The notes: generated from the letters alone by a model not told the origin. A stretch of DNA of 51,307 bases from Spirochaetota bacterium (GCA_043803405.1 JAZDKB010000039.1:1-51307); one strand, 5' to 3'; positions 31,793-42,444 are shown, numbered from the stretch's first letter. A program made the numbers and translations.

Positions 31793-32632
31793 TTACTTCT
31801 GCTCAATCACCTCTATGTCGCTCTCGACAAACTCTCTCAGCTTTTCCTGTACAAGGTGTTTTAGTGTGACGCTGGAAGCAACACAACCCGAGCAATGCCC
31901 GCGAAGCGACACATAAACCTTTTTATTATCAACGTCCACAAGCTCAATGTCACCGCCGTCCTGCTGAAGCTGCGGCCGTATAACGTCACTGATCGTTTTC
32001 TCGACAAGCTGCATTCTCTTTATGTTGGAAAGAGGCGCTTTCTTCTCCGGCGTTTCGGATTTTACCGAAATATGCAATTCCTCCTCAAGTATCCTTTCGA
32101 TATCGGGAATGCACGAGCCGCATCCGCCGCCTGCCTTGGTATAATTCGTAACATCCTCAACAGTTTTTAAATTATTCTCGTGGATTGCTTTTCTTATCAA
32201 TTGATCCGTAACCCCGAAACATTTGCAGATTATTTCGCCTTCCTGTTCAAGCTTGTCCGGCATCTTAATCCCTTTGTAAGATGCTATGGCTTTTTCAAGA
32301 GCCTCGCTTCCCATTACAGAACAGTGCATTTTCTCTTCCGGCAATCCGCCCAGGTAATCCACAATGTCTTTATTGGTAATTTTTTGTGCTTCCTCGAGCG
32401 TTTTTCCCTTTATCATCTCAGTGAGGGCTGAAGAAGAAGCAATGGCGCTTCCGCATCCGAATGTCTGGAACTTTGCGTCCGTGATGACATTGTCTTTTAT
32501 TTTAAGGAATACTTTTAAAGCGTCGCCGCATACAAGGCTGCCCTCTTCACCGACTGCATCAGCGTCCTCAATTACGCCCACGTTTTTGGGATTCTTGTAC
32601 AGTTCCTTTACTTTATCTGAATAATCCCACAT
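31793..32632 (-). CDS. nifU: Fe-S scaffold NifU (three domains)
   Basis: [28 protein letters not shown]...GCGSC; DGGDIEL...GHCSGC. Confidence 0.95.
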   Translation of the reverse strand: MWDYSDKVKELYKNPKNVGVIEDADAVGEEGSLVCGDALKVFLKIKDNVITDAKFQTFGCGSAIASSSALTEMIKGKTLEEAQKITNKDIVDYLGGLPEEKMHCSVMGSEALEKAIASYKGIKMPDKLEQEGEIICKCFGVTDQLIRKAIHENNLKTVEDVTNYTKAGGGCGSCIPDIERILEEELHISVKSETPEKKAPLSNIKRMQLVEKTISDVIRPQLQQDGGDIELVDVDNKKVYVSLRGHCSGCVASSVTLKHLVQEKLREFVESDIEVIEQK

Positions 32633-33063
32633 ATATAACCCCCGGAAATTATTTTCTTTATTATTTTTAATGCAATAGAAATATATACCCTATTATTTTA
32701 ATATAACAGGAATAATTTTAAATATATAATATTTTCAACCAGAAAAAATAAAAATTGCAGAGTTTATTTACAACTCATTTCAATATCGGATTTATTTTTT
32801 GTATTTTTGAGATGAGTTATAATACATGGGTGTCCGATTTTTGCAACTTAGATTGCAAAAATAAATAAAAATTATTATTTAATCCGTTAATAAATTCTAA
32901 TGTGCACTAATTTATTAGATCTACTATAGTTAAAATTGTTGATTTTTTATTAATAATAATTCATCTTTTATGCTTATTAGTGGTTATAAAAAATATTGAC
33001 GTTAAAAAGAAAAAGCAAACCTGTTAAATCAAGAATAAAATTTTAAAAATAAAGAGATAAACC

Positions 33064-34035
33064 ATGAATCTTAAAAGATATTTTACCAGAAAATCTTTTT
33101 TGGCAAAGGCCGCCGGAGTCGCGGGCGGCATTATGCTCCCATCTATTTTAATGAAAATATCCGGCAATTATTCAGACAGCGCACGGAATTCAGCACAGCT
33201 GAATGCAGCGCTCCCTGCAAATGACAGACTTGTAGTCGTAACGGGCCGTAATATTGCAAAACCGACAATTGAAAAGATGGCGCAAAAAGCCCTCGCTCAG
33301 TTTGGAGGTATCAGCCAGTTCGTAAAAAAAGGAATGAATGTTGTCATTAAACCCAATATAGCTTGGGATGCGCCCCCGGAAAACGCCGCTAATACTAATC
33401 CGGATTTAGTCGAGTACGTAGCAAGAATATGCAAAGAAGCAGGCGCAAAAGTTACTATATTCGACCGCACATGCAGCAGCGCGAGGCTCAGCTACAAACA
33501 TAGCGGTGCTGAGGATGCGGCAAAAAAAGCTGGAGTTAAGCTGGAGTATATAGATGAGAGAAAATTTGTCGACGTAAAAGTCCCAAAGGGATTAAACCTG
33601 GAAACGCTTTCCGTGTACAAACCTATACTCGATGCCGATTTCGTAATTAACATGCCGATAGCGAAGCATCATTCAATAGCCGGGCTGACAATTTCGATGA
33701 AAAACCTGATGGGCGTAATAGGTGGAAATAGAGGCGCTTTGCACCGAAATATGGATGAGAACCTGGTTGACTTTGTAAAGGCAATAAGAAGCGATCTGGT
33801 CATTTGTGATTGTCTAAGGATACTCACAAATCACGGCCCAAACAGCGGAACTGCTGAAGACGTAAAAGAAACAAGAACTATAATCGTAGGCCGTAATCCT
33901 GTGAGCGTGGACGCATACGCATCTACATTGTTCGGAAAATCACCTTCCACTATTAAATTCCTTGCTCTTGCTCATAAAGAAAAAATGGGCGAGATAAATC
34001 CGGGTAAAATGAATATCCAGAAATTTGCTGTATGA
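33064..34035 (+). CDS. DUF362 domain protein with a Tat-like signal
   Basis: TRKSFL; VVIKPNIAWD, TNPDLV, AKHH, MKNLMG, PVSVDA. Confidence 0.85.
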   Translation: MNLKRYFTRKSFLAKAAGVAGGIMLPSILMKISGNYSDSARNSAQLNAALPANDRLVVVTGRNIAKPTIEKMAQKALAQFGGISQFVKKGMNVVIKPNIAWDAPPENAANTNPDLVEYVARICKEAGAKVTIFDRTCSSARLSYKHSGAEDAAKKAGVKLEYIDERKFVDVKVPKGLNLETLSVYKPILDADFVINMPIAKHHSIAGLTISMKNLMGVIGGNRGALHRNMDENLVDFVKAIRSDLVICDCLRILTNHGPNSGTAEDVKETRTIIVGRNPVSVDAYASTLFGKSPSTIKFLALAHKEKMGEINPGKMNIQKFAV

Positions 34036-35597
34036 AAAATAAACACTGGGCAAGAATCAGGGCAGCAGCCCAGCTCGTAATCTGGATTGCTTTTATTGCC
34101 GTGATCTTTGCAGGCAAAGACACAACAGACAATACTTTACTTTCAAACCTGCCGCGTCTCTCGCCGTTTCTCGGCATCAGCATATCCATTGCAACCCGTT
34201 CCATAGCGGATGTATTCTTTCCGGCTCTCGTGTTTCTTGCGCTTGCGGCAATACTAGGCAGATTTTTCTGCGGGTGGATCTGCCCCCTGGGAGCCACGCT
34301 GGATTGTACTGATAAATCGATTGCAAAAAAGGAAAGGATATCATCTGAAAAAAAAATATCCATTAAGTCATGGAAATATGTTGTTCTGCTCACTGCAATT
34401 ATTCTTTCAGTTTTCGGCATCCAGGTTTCCGGCATAATCGATCCGATCTCTCTTTCAATACGAAGCTATGGCACGGTTATTTTCTCGTATCTCGATACAA
34501 TTCTTAAAAATATATTTAATGCGCTTTATTATGTGCCCGGCTTAAATATCGTTTCTGAATTCATTTTTTCATTTTTAAAGGACCACCTGCTCGACTACAA
34601 TCCGACACAGTATAATAACCATATTCCGGTTTTCTTATTCTTCGCAGGCCTTCTTATGCTCTCGGCGCTTACCCGCAGATTCTGGTGCAAGGCCTTGTGC
34701 CCGCTCGGAGCGATTTACTCGCTTACAGGCAAGGTCGCGTTTTTTAAAAGATATGTTGATACGGGGAAATGCACAAATTGTCTTGCCTGCGAAAAAAATT
34801 GCCGCATGGACGCCATTCATAATAAAGGAACAAAAACGCTCGAAGGCGAGTGCATCAAGTGTTTTGATTGTTTAAAAGCATGTAAGTTCGATGCAGTGAA
34901 ATTTAAGTTCTCATTATCATTCCGTAAAAAAAATTTGGAAGATATTTCCGACAACGCGGAAGAGTATCCCGGCATTCAATTCACCCGGAAGAAATTATTA
35001 TACTCGATCGCCGGGTCGCTGGTGGCAGTTCCTGTTCTTAAACAAAAGCCCGCATTCGCAATGGACTATTCCCATCTGCTACGTCCCCCGGGCGCGCTTC
35101 CGGAGCAGGACTTTGTGAATGCCTGCGTGCGCTGCGGCGCGTGCATGAAAGTATGCCCGACCAACGGACTTCATCCTGTGCTGTTCGAGTGCGGCCCGGA
35201 CGCTGTTTTTACTCCGCAGCTAATCCCGCGCCTCGGCTACTGTGAAAAGAACTGCAACCAGTGCAGCGCTGTGTGTCCCAGCGGCGCGCTTAAGCTTGTG
35301 CCTATTCCGGAGAAAGAAACGACAGTGATCGGCACTGCATACATTATCCGCGATCTTTGCATACCATGGTCGGAATTCACAGACTGCCTTGTCTGCGAAG
35401 AAATGTGCCCCACAAAAAAGAAGTCCATCATGTTCAGGGAGGAAAACCTTGTGAACAAAGCAGGGCAAAGGGTGCGAATAAAGCTTCCGTATGTGCGTGA
35501 AGATACCTGCATAGGCTGCGGAACATGCGAAAATAAATGCCCTGTCCGCGGCAGCGCTGCCATACAGGTACGGACGACGAAAAAGACCTCTTTGTGA
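34032..35597 (+). CDS. Membrane polyferredoxin (NapH/MauN-like fused to NapG/MauM-like)
   Basis: GRFFCGWICPLG, RRFWCKALCPLG, several CxxCxxCxxxCP, LLRPPGA. Confidence 0.87.
   Translation: MKNKHWARIRAAAQLVIWIAFIAVIFAGKDTTDNTLLSNLPRLSPFLGISISIATRSIADVFFPALVFLALAAILGRFFCGWICPLGATLDCTDKSIAKKERISSEKKISIKSWKYVVLLTAIILSVFGIQVSGIIDPISLSIRSYGTVIFSYLDTILKNIFNALYYVPGLNIVSEFIFSFLKDHLLDYNPTQYNNHIPVFLFFAGLLMLSALTRRFWCKALCPLGAIYSLTGKVAFFKRYVDTGKCTNCLACEKNCRMDAIHNKGTKTLEGECIKCFDCLKACKFDAVKFKFSLSFRKKNLEDISDNAEEYPGIQFTRKKLLYSIAGSLVAVPVLKQKPAFAMDYSHLLRPPGALPEQDFVNACVRCGACMKVCPTNGLHPVLFECGPDAVFTPQLIPRLGYCEKNCNQCSAVCPSGALKLVPIPEKETTVIGTAYIIRDLCIPWSEFTDCLVCEEMCPTKKKSIMFREENLVNKAGQRVRIKLPYVREDTCIGCGTCENKCPVRGSAAIQVRTTKKTSL
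35527..35576 (+). repeat. Direct repeat copy 1 (3' end of the polyferredoxin gene)
   Basis: 45/50 identical to 36150-36199 by manual alignment. Confidence 0.85.
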
Positions 35598-35667
35598 AAT
35601 TCCGATTCGAACTAACTCCTATTGAAAATTAGTTGACCAATTAGACCATATTGGTTTCATTCATTAT

Positions 35668-35907
35668 ATGAAAATACTGCAATTAAATGAAGTAAAAACA
35701 AACCTTTCCGCAATTTTAAAAGAAGTAGGGACAGGAAAAGAAATAGGAATTTCCTATGGAAAGAAAAAAGAAACCATTGCCGTTATTGTCCCTATTAAGA
35801 ATTATAATAAATTAAAAAAGCGGGTTCTTGGTACACTCAAAGGGAAAATGTCCGTTGAATTTAAACCGGGTTATAGAATGTCCGATAAGGAATTGCTTCG
35901 ATCGTGA
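35668..35907 (+). CDS. Phd/YefM-family antitoxin
   Basis: MKILQLNEVKTNLSAILKEV...IAVIVP...KRVLGTLKGK. Confidence 0.82.
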   Translation: MKILQLNEVKTNLSAILKEVGTGKEIGISYGKKKETIAVIVPIKNYNKLKKRVLGTLKGKMSVEFKPGYRMSDKELLRS

Positions 35908-36026
35908 ACTTCCTCGTTGATACACACATGCTTATCTGGCAGTCAATCGAAAACAGCCTCACCCTGATATCTTCTGATAAGGCAATCTCTAAATATCAGA
36001 AATATGGTTTAAAGATTATTTCTTAA
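35904..36026 (+). pseudogene. vapC: vapC (PIN) with a large internal in-frame deletion
   Basis: 40 aa MNFLVDTH-MLIWQSIENSLTLISSDKAISKY...; PIN N-terminus joined directly to the PIN C-terminus. Confidence 0.78.
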
Positions 36027-36077
36027 AGTTTGGCTTAATGCACATGTGTCAGGTGAATACTATCATTAAACAACAAC

Positions 36078-36104
36078 AAAAAGGGCTGCCCTTATTGGCA
36101 GCCC
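36078..36104 (-). terminator. Terminator-like hairpin between convergent genes
   Basis: GGGCTGCC-cttatt-GGCAGCCC with an A-run on the left (U tract on the minus strand). Confidence 0.6.
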
Positions 36105-36149
36105 GTGTGTGAGCTCGTAAACCCAGCCGGCTTTTTACAGTATTTGTTC

Positions 36150-36199
36150 GCGAAAACAAATGCCCCGTACGCAGCAGCGCAGCCATACAGGTACGGACG
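36150..36199 (+). repeat. Direct repeat copy 2 (orphan 3' fragment of a polyferredoxin allele)
   Basis: Encodes ENKCPVRSSAAIQVRT versus ENKCPVRGSAAIQVRT in the gene. Confidence 0.85.
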
Positions 36200-36361
36200 C
36201 AGAAAAAAGCACTCAGGAGCTATGAAGGATACTCGTAAAATAGCTCCAAAAATTTAAAAAGCAAATCATTTATGTTATAAAATCAGCCCGGTAACACAAA
36301 CCTTTATCCGCAATCGTTCGTTCAAAAGAAAGATTGCAGATGCAAAGTGATTCTATGTATA

Positions 36362-38338
36362 CTAGTCATTATATTCATATACATACATGTGTCCATAACC
36401 GCTTCTGGTTATTATTGCTATCTTGCCATCTGCACCATTTGCAATACTTCTGCAACGATTATCAAAAGTATATGAACTAAAATTAATATCAGCTAATAAC
36501 ATATCAGTCGAATCATAGATTGCCAGCTTATTATAATAATAGTAGCCAATCTCATATTGATATATTAAAGCAAAATTTCCATCGCCTTGTAACGCGACTG
36601 ATACATCATCAATTCCTTCCCCGGAGTTGCTTTCAAAAGTTATCGGGCCGGTTACTTTAACCCCGGCAGAACTGTAAACTGAATATTTTCCTGACAGATA
36701 GTCATTGCTGTCAGAATATACAAAGACAAAATTTCCGTTAGAAATCTGGGAAATTGACAATACCGATGAGGTTGATGTATTTACGGTTCCTGAAGTAACA
36801 GTAGCACCTGCACTATTGAAGACAACAAAAGCCTGCGAACCAGTAAGACTATAACCGATTACAAAATTGCCATTTGTCAATGGACTGGTCATGATTAAAT
36901 AAACATCATTATTTAAAAATATTGCTGAGTTCTTTACAATTGTACCGCTGGAATTATAAATCATGTACAGACAACGGGAATTATTGCTGTCACGAAATGC
37001 GAGGACAAAATTCCCGTTAATTAATGTACATATTGCAATGTTACGCGAATCGCCGCTGTAGAAAACTGCAGGCGTGGTCACAGCTGTTCCGGATGAATCG
37101 TAAATAATAAAAGTTCCATAATCACTGTTGCTGTAATCTCTGTAAGCTACAACAAAGTTACCGTTGTTAAGGCTAGCAACAGCCGAGTCAGCAGAACCGC
37201 TGCCACTATTATAAGTTGTCTGTTCCTTTACTGTCTGACACAAAGAATTGACAATAACAAATTTGCCTTTACCTGAATCGTTGTTATCCTGGTAAATAAT
37301 TACATAGTTTCCGTTTGTCAATGCGGCTATCTGGCAATTTTGTATAGAGCTAGTACCAAATGTATTTGTAGCGTATAATGTTAATTTATTTGTTTCTGCA
37401 TTTGCAACTGCACCGAATCCACTTGTTCCTGCTGAATTTTTTGCTTTTAGCCATATATAATATTCTGTCCCATTTGCTAATCCGGTTATTGTATAATTGG
37501 TTGAAGTAATGTCTCCGCCCTGTTGAATTGCTGTACCTGAATTATTTTCAGTATTATACCATACTTCATATGCTGTCGCGCCTGTTACAGCTGTCCAAGT
37601 TAATGCAAGCTGACCATTCCCAGATGTCACAGTCGGTGCTCCGGGTGCTGCCGGTATGGGCAAAGGTGCTCCATTTGCCATTGCGCCGAATCCGCTTGTG
37701 CCTGCTGAATTCTTCGCTTTTAACCACACATAATATGTTGTTCCGTTAGTCAATCCGGTTATTGTATGACTTAGATCTGTGATGTCTCCATCATGCTGAT
37801 CTGATGTACCTGAATTATTTTCAGTATTATACCATACTTCATATGCTGTCGCGCCTGTTACAGCTCCCCAGCTTAATGAAAGTTGACTATCTCCAGGTAT
37901 TACACTTGGTGTTCCGGGAGCATCTGGTACAGATAAAGGTAATTCAGGTGTCCCGCTTGCCATTGCGCCAAATCCGCTTGTGCCTGCTGAATTCTTTGCC
38001 TTTAGCCACACATAATATGTTGTTCCGTTAGTTAGTTCGGTTATTGTATGACTTGTACCTGAAATGTCTCCATCATCCTGTATAGCAGTATCCGAATTAT
38101 TTTCTGTATTATACCATACCTCATACGCTGTCGCACCTATTACAGCTGTCCAGCTTAATGTAAGCTGCTCACTCGCCGCTGTTACAATCGGCACGTCAGG
38201 TGCACCCGGTACGGATTGACCTCCCCCATTCCCGCCTTCACCCATCGTGTCACTTGAACAAGCAACAAATAAAAAGCTTAAACATAGAACATATCCTAAA
38301 ATTACCAGACGATTAAAGATTCTCACATATACCTCCAA
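36362..38338 (-). CDS. Lipoprotein with three tandem FN3 repeats and a C-terminal beta-repeat (propeller-like) region
   Basis: Lipobox FVAC; 3x W.AV.GATAYEVWYNTENNS...NGT.YY.WLKAKNSAGTSGF; repeated L.NGNFV motifs. Confidence 0.85.
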   Translation of the reverse strand: MEVYVRIFNRLVILGYVLCLSFLFVACSSDTMGEGGNGGGQSVPGAPDVPIVTAASEQLTLSWTAVIGATAYEVWYNTENNSDTAIQDDGDISGTSHTITELTNGTTYYVWLKAKNSAGTSGFGAMASGTPELPLSVPDAPGTPSVIPGDSQLSLSWGAVTGATAYEVWYNTENNSGTSDQHDGDITDLSHTITGLTNGTTYYVWLKAKNSAGTSGFGAMANGAPLPIPAAPGAPTVTSGNGQLALTWTAVTGATAYEVWYNTENNSGTAIQQGGDITSTNYTITGLANGTEYYIWLKAKNSAGTSGFGAVANAETNKLTLYATNTFGTSSIQNCQIAALTNGNYVIIYQDNNDSGKGKFVIVNSLCQTVKEQTTYNSGSGSADSAVASLNNGNFVVAYRDYSNSDYGTFIIYDSSGTAVTTPAVFYSGDSRNIAICTLINGNFVLAFRDSNNSRCLYMIYNSSGTIVKNSAIFLNNDVYLIMTSPLTNGNFVIGYSLTGSQAFVVFNSAGATVTSGTVNTSTSSVLSISQISNGNFVFVYSDSNDYLSGKYSVYSSAGVKVTGPITFESNSGEGIDDVSVALQGDGNFALIYQYEIGYYYYNKLAIYDSTDMLLADINFSSYTFDNRCRSIANGADGKIAIITRSGYGHMYVYEYND

Positions 38339-38569
38339 TAAAAAAATATTTAATATATATAAGTAGTGGCAATTTTCTTTAAATGTGACAAAAAAATACT
38401 ACGATATTAATTTTTTCCGCCAAACAGTACTTAATAACTTTAGTTTTTATATTTTTCCAGCCTTATCAAAAAGGCGTCAATATAAAAAGACGTTGACGAT
38501 ATAATAAGTATAAAATAAAAATTACTGTATTTTTAAGAAATAGAATACTCCATCCTGGACGACGCGTAT

Positions 38570-39553
38570 ATGACTAAAAAATTTGCATTAATAATCGCGT
38601 TCTTTTTATTCTCAGGAAGTGTCTATGCAGAGGACTATAAAAAGATAAGCCTTGCTATAATGGAATTCCGGGCTAATAACACAAAAGATTCGTTCGGAAA
38701 CGCGTGCCTGGACATACTCTCCGAAAAACTTTTTGCTTCAAAGCTCTTCACTCTTATGGAAAAAAGCCAGATGGATAAAATCGCGCGGCTTAATGGTTTC
38801 AAAGAGTTTAATAGCATAGATCCTAAGCAGATCGCGAAACTCGGCAGGATACTCAAAGTCGATAAAATGCTTGTAGGGTCCATTACGTATCTTGATTCAT
38901 ATATAATAGATGTAAAAGTCTTTGACGTGGGAAACGGCGAGATAGAATTCAATGCAAATAAAAAAATAAACTCCATAGAGAAACTGGAATCCGCGCTTGA
39001 TGATATTTCAATTACTATCGAGAGGCATTATCTCGGATATTACAGGCTTAGCGGAACATTCGACATCGCGCTTGAGGCGCATTATCTTAATCCTTTCGGG
39101 ACATTCGGAAAAGCAGTTGATCGCGGGCTCGGAGTACAGGCGGTTATCACGTTAAATTCTGCTTTCCGATTGCCTTTTGACGTTCAGGCTATAACAGGAT
39201 ATTACTGCTTTAGGCCGGGCAATGAATCGATCGATAATTTTAATATGTTCCCGCTTTATTTATGCGCTGCATACAAATTCGGCGTAGCGAGAAATATCAA
39301 ATTTATCCCGTCGGCCGGATTCGGATACGTATTTTCCAGAATTTCCACTAATGACTCGGCGAACAAGGACGATTTATACTGGCGTGATAAAAAATTGTAT
39401 TATAATCCTGCCATAGTAATAAGAACTGAATTCGATCTTTTTCTGATAGACAGATGGTATATTGTTTTTACGCCGCAGTATAATATTTTTTTTGTGAGTG
39501 ATAAAGTCGGACAGTTCGCGTCCCTCGGTCTTGGCGTAAAAATGCTTTTTTAA
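38570..39553 (+). CDS. Exported CsgG/FlgO/TolB-N-like domain fused to a C-terminal outer-membrane beta-barrel
   Basis: Signal peptide; LAIMEF...AKLGRILKVDKMLVGSI; terminal SLGLGVKMLF. Confidence 0.7.
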   Translation: MTKKFALIIAFFLFSGSVYAEDYKKISLAIMEFRANNTKDSFGNACLDILSEKLFASKLFTLMEKSQMDKIARLNGFKEFNSIDPKQIAKLGRILKVDKMLVGSITYLDSYIIDVKVFDVGNGEIEFNANKKINSIEKLESALDDISITIERHYLGYYRLSGTFDIALEAHYLNPFGTFGKAVDRGLGVQAVITLNSAFRLPFDVQAITGYYCFRPGNESIDNFNMFPLYLCAAYKFGVARNIKFIPSAGFGYVFSRISTNDSANKDDLYWRDKKLYYNPAIVIRTEFDLFLIDRWYIVFTPQYNIFFVSDKVGQFASLGLGVKMLF

Positions 39554-39609
39554 TTCTTTAATATTTTTTTGTCATAATTCTTAAATTCCGCCACTATAAT
39601 AATAAAGAA

Positions 39610-40137
39610 ATGAACCTCCTTTCGGATAAAGTTAAAAAGTTTACTGATATCTACAGCGATTTCTATTCTGTGGTTTATAATGGAATATACTCGAAAGTAC
39701 GAAACATTGAAATTGCAGGCGACCTGGCACAGGAAGTCTTTACAAGATTTTATGAGAAGATGGACGAAGTAGAAAATCCGCGCAAATGGCTTCTCGGCAC
39801 ATCGAGATTCGTACTGCTTGAACATTATAAAAAAAACAGCACTGACAATGTAGATATTGACCGGATTTTTAACGACGCGAATCTCCATTATGTAAACGGG
39901 TTCAGAGATACGAGAATAATTTTACAGGAAGCCCTCGATGCATCGGAGAATTACAGGGACGATAAAGACAGGATCATTTACGAGCTTATCGCTATTAAAA
40001 ATTATTCTTATTATGAAGCTTCTAAGCAAACGGGGCTTTCAATGCGACAGGTCAGGTATAGATATAATCTCATAGTTGAAAGAATAATGAAGTATCTTAG
40101 TACAAAAGGAATAAATAATCTGGAGGAATTGCTATGA
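39610..40137 (+). CDS. ECF-type sigma-70 factor
   Basis: AGDLAQEVF, RKWL, SYYEASKQTGLSMRQVRYR. Confidence 0.8.
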   Translation: MNLLSDKVKKFTDIYSDFYSVVYNGIYSKVRNIEIAGDLAQEVFTRFYEKMDEVENPRKWLLGTSRFVLLEHYKKNSTDNVDIDRIFNDANLHYVNGFRDTRIILQEALDASENYRDDKDRIIYELIAIKNYSYYEASKQTGLSMRQVRYRYNLIVERIMKYLSTKGINNLEELL

Positions 40138-40886
40138 ACGCGGGCGAACTCCTCAAAGCAGTAATCGACAGATACGAACTCAGCGAACCGGTACCTCAGG
40201 ATGTCCGCTTAGCCATGGATAGATCCAGAAAAGAAAACCTGGTTAAGATACTGAAAAAAGACGCGCGCCGATTCATATTCATCTCTACGGTTGTATCCTT
40301 CTTTCTGTGGATAAAGAAATTCGGCATATCGCTTTCGATCGCAAAGAGCGCTGTAACAGTTACAACAGCCTGTATCATTAGCGCTGGCGCGCTCACAACT
40401 GCCGGCGTTTATACTACTAAAAAGATTATTGAACACTTTTCTGCCGGAATGCCGAATACCGAAGAAAAGATTGAAGAAATGAAGAAGACGAAAACCGGAT
40501 CGCTTGAAAGACGAATAGTCCCCGGAATTTTGACTTACGCAGTTGCTGTTTCCCAAATTGAGATGGACGAAATTTCAAATGACAGGCTTTACGAATATAC
40601 AAATAAAATAATAAGGGATCTGCGTAATATTAAAGGCGCTCAGGCCGCGATAAACATAAACAATCTTGATAAAAAACACTTTTCAGATAAAATTCTATCT
40701 ATATCGATCATTAAGCTTAAAGAATCCCAAACAACTGGCAGTAAAAGTGAATTCAGAATATCTGCTAAGATTGTAAATTCAAATAACTCGCAGGTATTGA
40801 TGTACGCATCTGAAACTGCGGATAATGAAAGCATGATCCAGGATTCACTACGAAAGCTTGCAAAAAAAATCTCTGATAAATTGTAG
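40134..40886 (+). CDS. Putative membrane anti-sigma factor
   Basis: 4-nt overlap with the sigma gene; hydrophobic segments; C-terminal extracytoplasmic domain. Confidence 0.5.
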   Translation: MNAGELLKAVIDRYELSEPVPQDVRLAMDRSRKENLVKILKKDARRFIFISTVVSFFLWIKKFGISLSIAKSAVTVTTACIISAGALTTAGVYTTKKIIEHFSAGMPNTEEKIEEMKKTKTGSLERRIVPGILTYAVAVSQIEMDEISNDRLYEYTNKIIRDLRNIKGAQAAININNLDKKHFSDKILSISIIKLKESQTTGSKSEFRISAKIVNSNNSQVLMYASETADNESMIQDSLRKLAKKISDKL

Positions 40887-40939
40887 GCCTTGGAAAAGTA
40901 CCGGTCGAATTCAAACTTAGTTTTAAGTTGATCACTATT

Positions 40940-42058
40940 TTACTTCGCCATTGCTTCCGCGAGCGGCGTGTATGGAATACCAAGGCTGTCTGCTACATTC
41001 TTATATGTGCAGCACCCGCGGTACAGATTTACCCCGCTTGCAAGAGCGGCGCTTTCCTTGATTGCCGAGTTAAGGCCTTTGCTGGCAACGGCAAGCCCGT
41101 ACGCGTAAGTGACGCTGGTCAGAGCAATCGTAGACGAAAGCGCGACAGCGCCAGGCATGTTGGCTACGGCATAGTGCACAATCCCTTCTTCCACGTAAAC
41201 AGGCTCCTTGTGCGTTGTAGGCCTTGAGCTCTCGAAGCATCCTCCCTGGTCTACAGATACGTCTACAAGCACAGCGCCCTTCTTCATCATCTTAAGATGA
41301 TGCCGTTCGATAAGTTTCGGCGCTTTTGCTCCGTGCTTCAGCACTGCTCCGATCACTAGATCTGCCTGCTGTATCTCTTCTTCTATGTTGCTTTCAGTAG
41401 AATAAAGAGTGGTTATGTGAGTCGAGAACAGATCGTCCAGGTACGCCAGTCTTTTCGGATCAACATCGAGTATTGTCACGTCAGCCCCGAGCCCTACCGC
41501 CATTTTGCACGCGTTAAGTCCTACTACTCCCCCGCCAAGTATTACAACCTTGCCGCGCTTTATACCAGGCACTCCGCCAAGCAGTATGCCCCTGCCTCCG
41601 AATGGCTTTTCAAGATACTTCGCGCCTTCCTGCACGGCAAGCCTTCCTGCTATCTCGCTCATCGGCGTAAGAAGCGGAAGAGTGCCGTCTGCAAGCTCAA
41701 TGGTCTCGTATGCTATGCCGATTATCTTTCTTTTAAGAAGAGCAAGGGTCAGGTCGTATGCTGCAGCAAGGTGAAGATATGTGTAAAGTATCTGTCCTTC
41801 ATGGAACAGGCCGTACTCTTCCGGCAACGGCTCTTTTACTTTTATGATTAATTCGCTTTGATCAAAAAGCGACTTTTTATCCGATATGATTTCCGCGCCT
41901 GCTGCCTCGTATTCGCTGTCCTCAAATCCGCTTCCGTGGCCTGCATTCTGCTCAATAAGCACGCGGTGGCCGTTCTTGGCAAAAGGCTTAACAGTCATGG
42001 GCGAAAGCCCAACGCGGTACTCATCCTTTTTTATCTCAGCAGCAACACCTATTATCAT
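40940..42058 (-). CDS. ald: Alanine dehydrogenase
   Basis: MIIGVAAEIKKDEYRVGL, KVKEP, YLHLA, PMSEIAGR, DQGGCFE, VANMPGAV. Confidence 0.96.
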   Translation of the reverse strand: MIIGVAAEIKKDEYRVGLSPMTVKPFAKNGHRVLIEQNAGHGSGFEDSEYEAAGAEIISDKKSLFDQSELIIKVKEPLPEEYGLFHEGQILYTYLHLAAAYDLTLALLKRKIIGIAYETIELADGTLPLLTPMSEIAGRLAVQEGAKYLEKPFGGRGILLGGVPGIKRGKVVILGGGVVGLNACKMAVGLGADVTILDVDPKRLAYLDDLFSTHITTLYSTESNIEEEIQQADLVIGAVLKHGAKAPKLIERHHLKMMKKGAVLVDVSVDQGGCFESSRPTTHKEPVYVEEGIVHYAVANMPGAVALSSTIALTSVTYAYGLAVASKGLNSAIKESAALASGVNLYRGCCTYKNVADSLGIPYTPLAEAMAK

Positions 42059-42124
42059 TTAATCCTCCATGGAATAATACTTATATGTTTGCATATTATC
42101 ATAATTCAGATATAATTTCAAGAA

Positions 42125-42288
42125 CTAGTGCTTAGACCGTATGATCTTGAATTAAAAATATTTTAAATCTTGCCACAGAGTCACAGAGATACTGAGTTTT
42201 TTTATTATAAAAATAATTAATTTATCTTCTCTGTGACTCCGTGTCTCTGTGGCAAATTCAATTTGAATTTATACAGTCAAGACACTAG
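42125..42288. mobile_element. 164-bp MITE-like element bounded by CTAG
   Basis: Imperfect terminal inverted repeats CTAGTGCTTAGACCGTAT / ATACAGTCAAGACACTAG; internal inverted repeat TTGCCACAGAGTCACAGAG / CTCCGTGTCTCTGTGGCAA; left end recurs at 17751-17795. Confidence 0.6.
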
Positions 42289-42444
42289 ATATAATATAAG
42301 AATTCACACAATAAAAAAAACTTTATTGACGTAAAATACGGGATTTAATATTTTTGCTTTATTAGTGGCAACATCCGGTTTGTAAAAGCAGCCTTAATAA
42401 ATTAAAAATAAAACCAGAAAAAACAATTTTATAATAAATAAACA

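Noticed and set aside
1281..32632. Nitrogen fixation implied by the NifA-like activator and nifU/nifS
   Set aside because: No nifHDK in the window; NifUS is the general Fe-S system of many anaerobes and GAF-sigma54 activators are widespread
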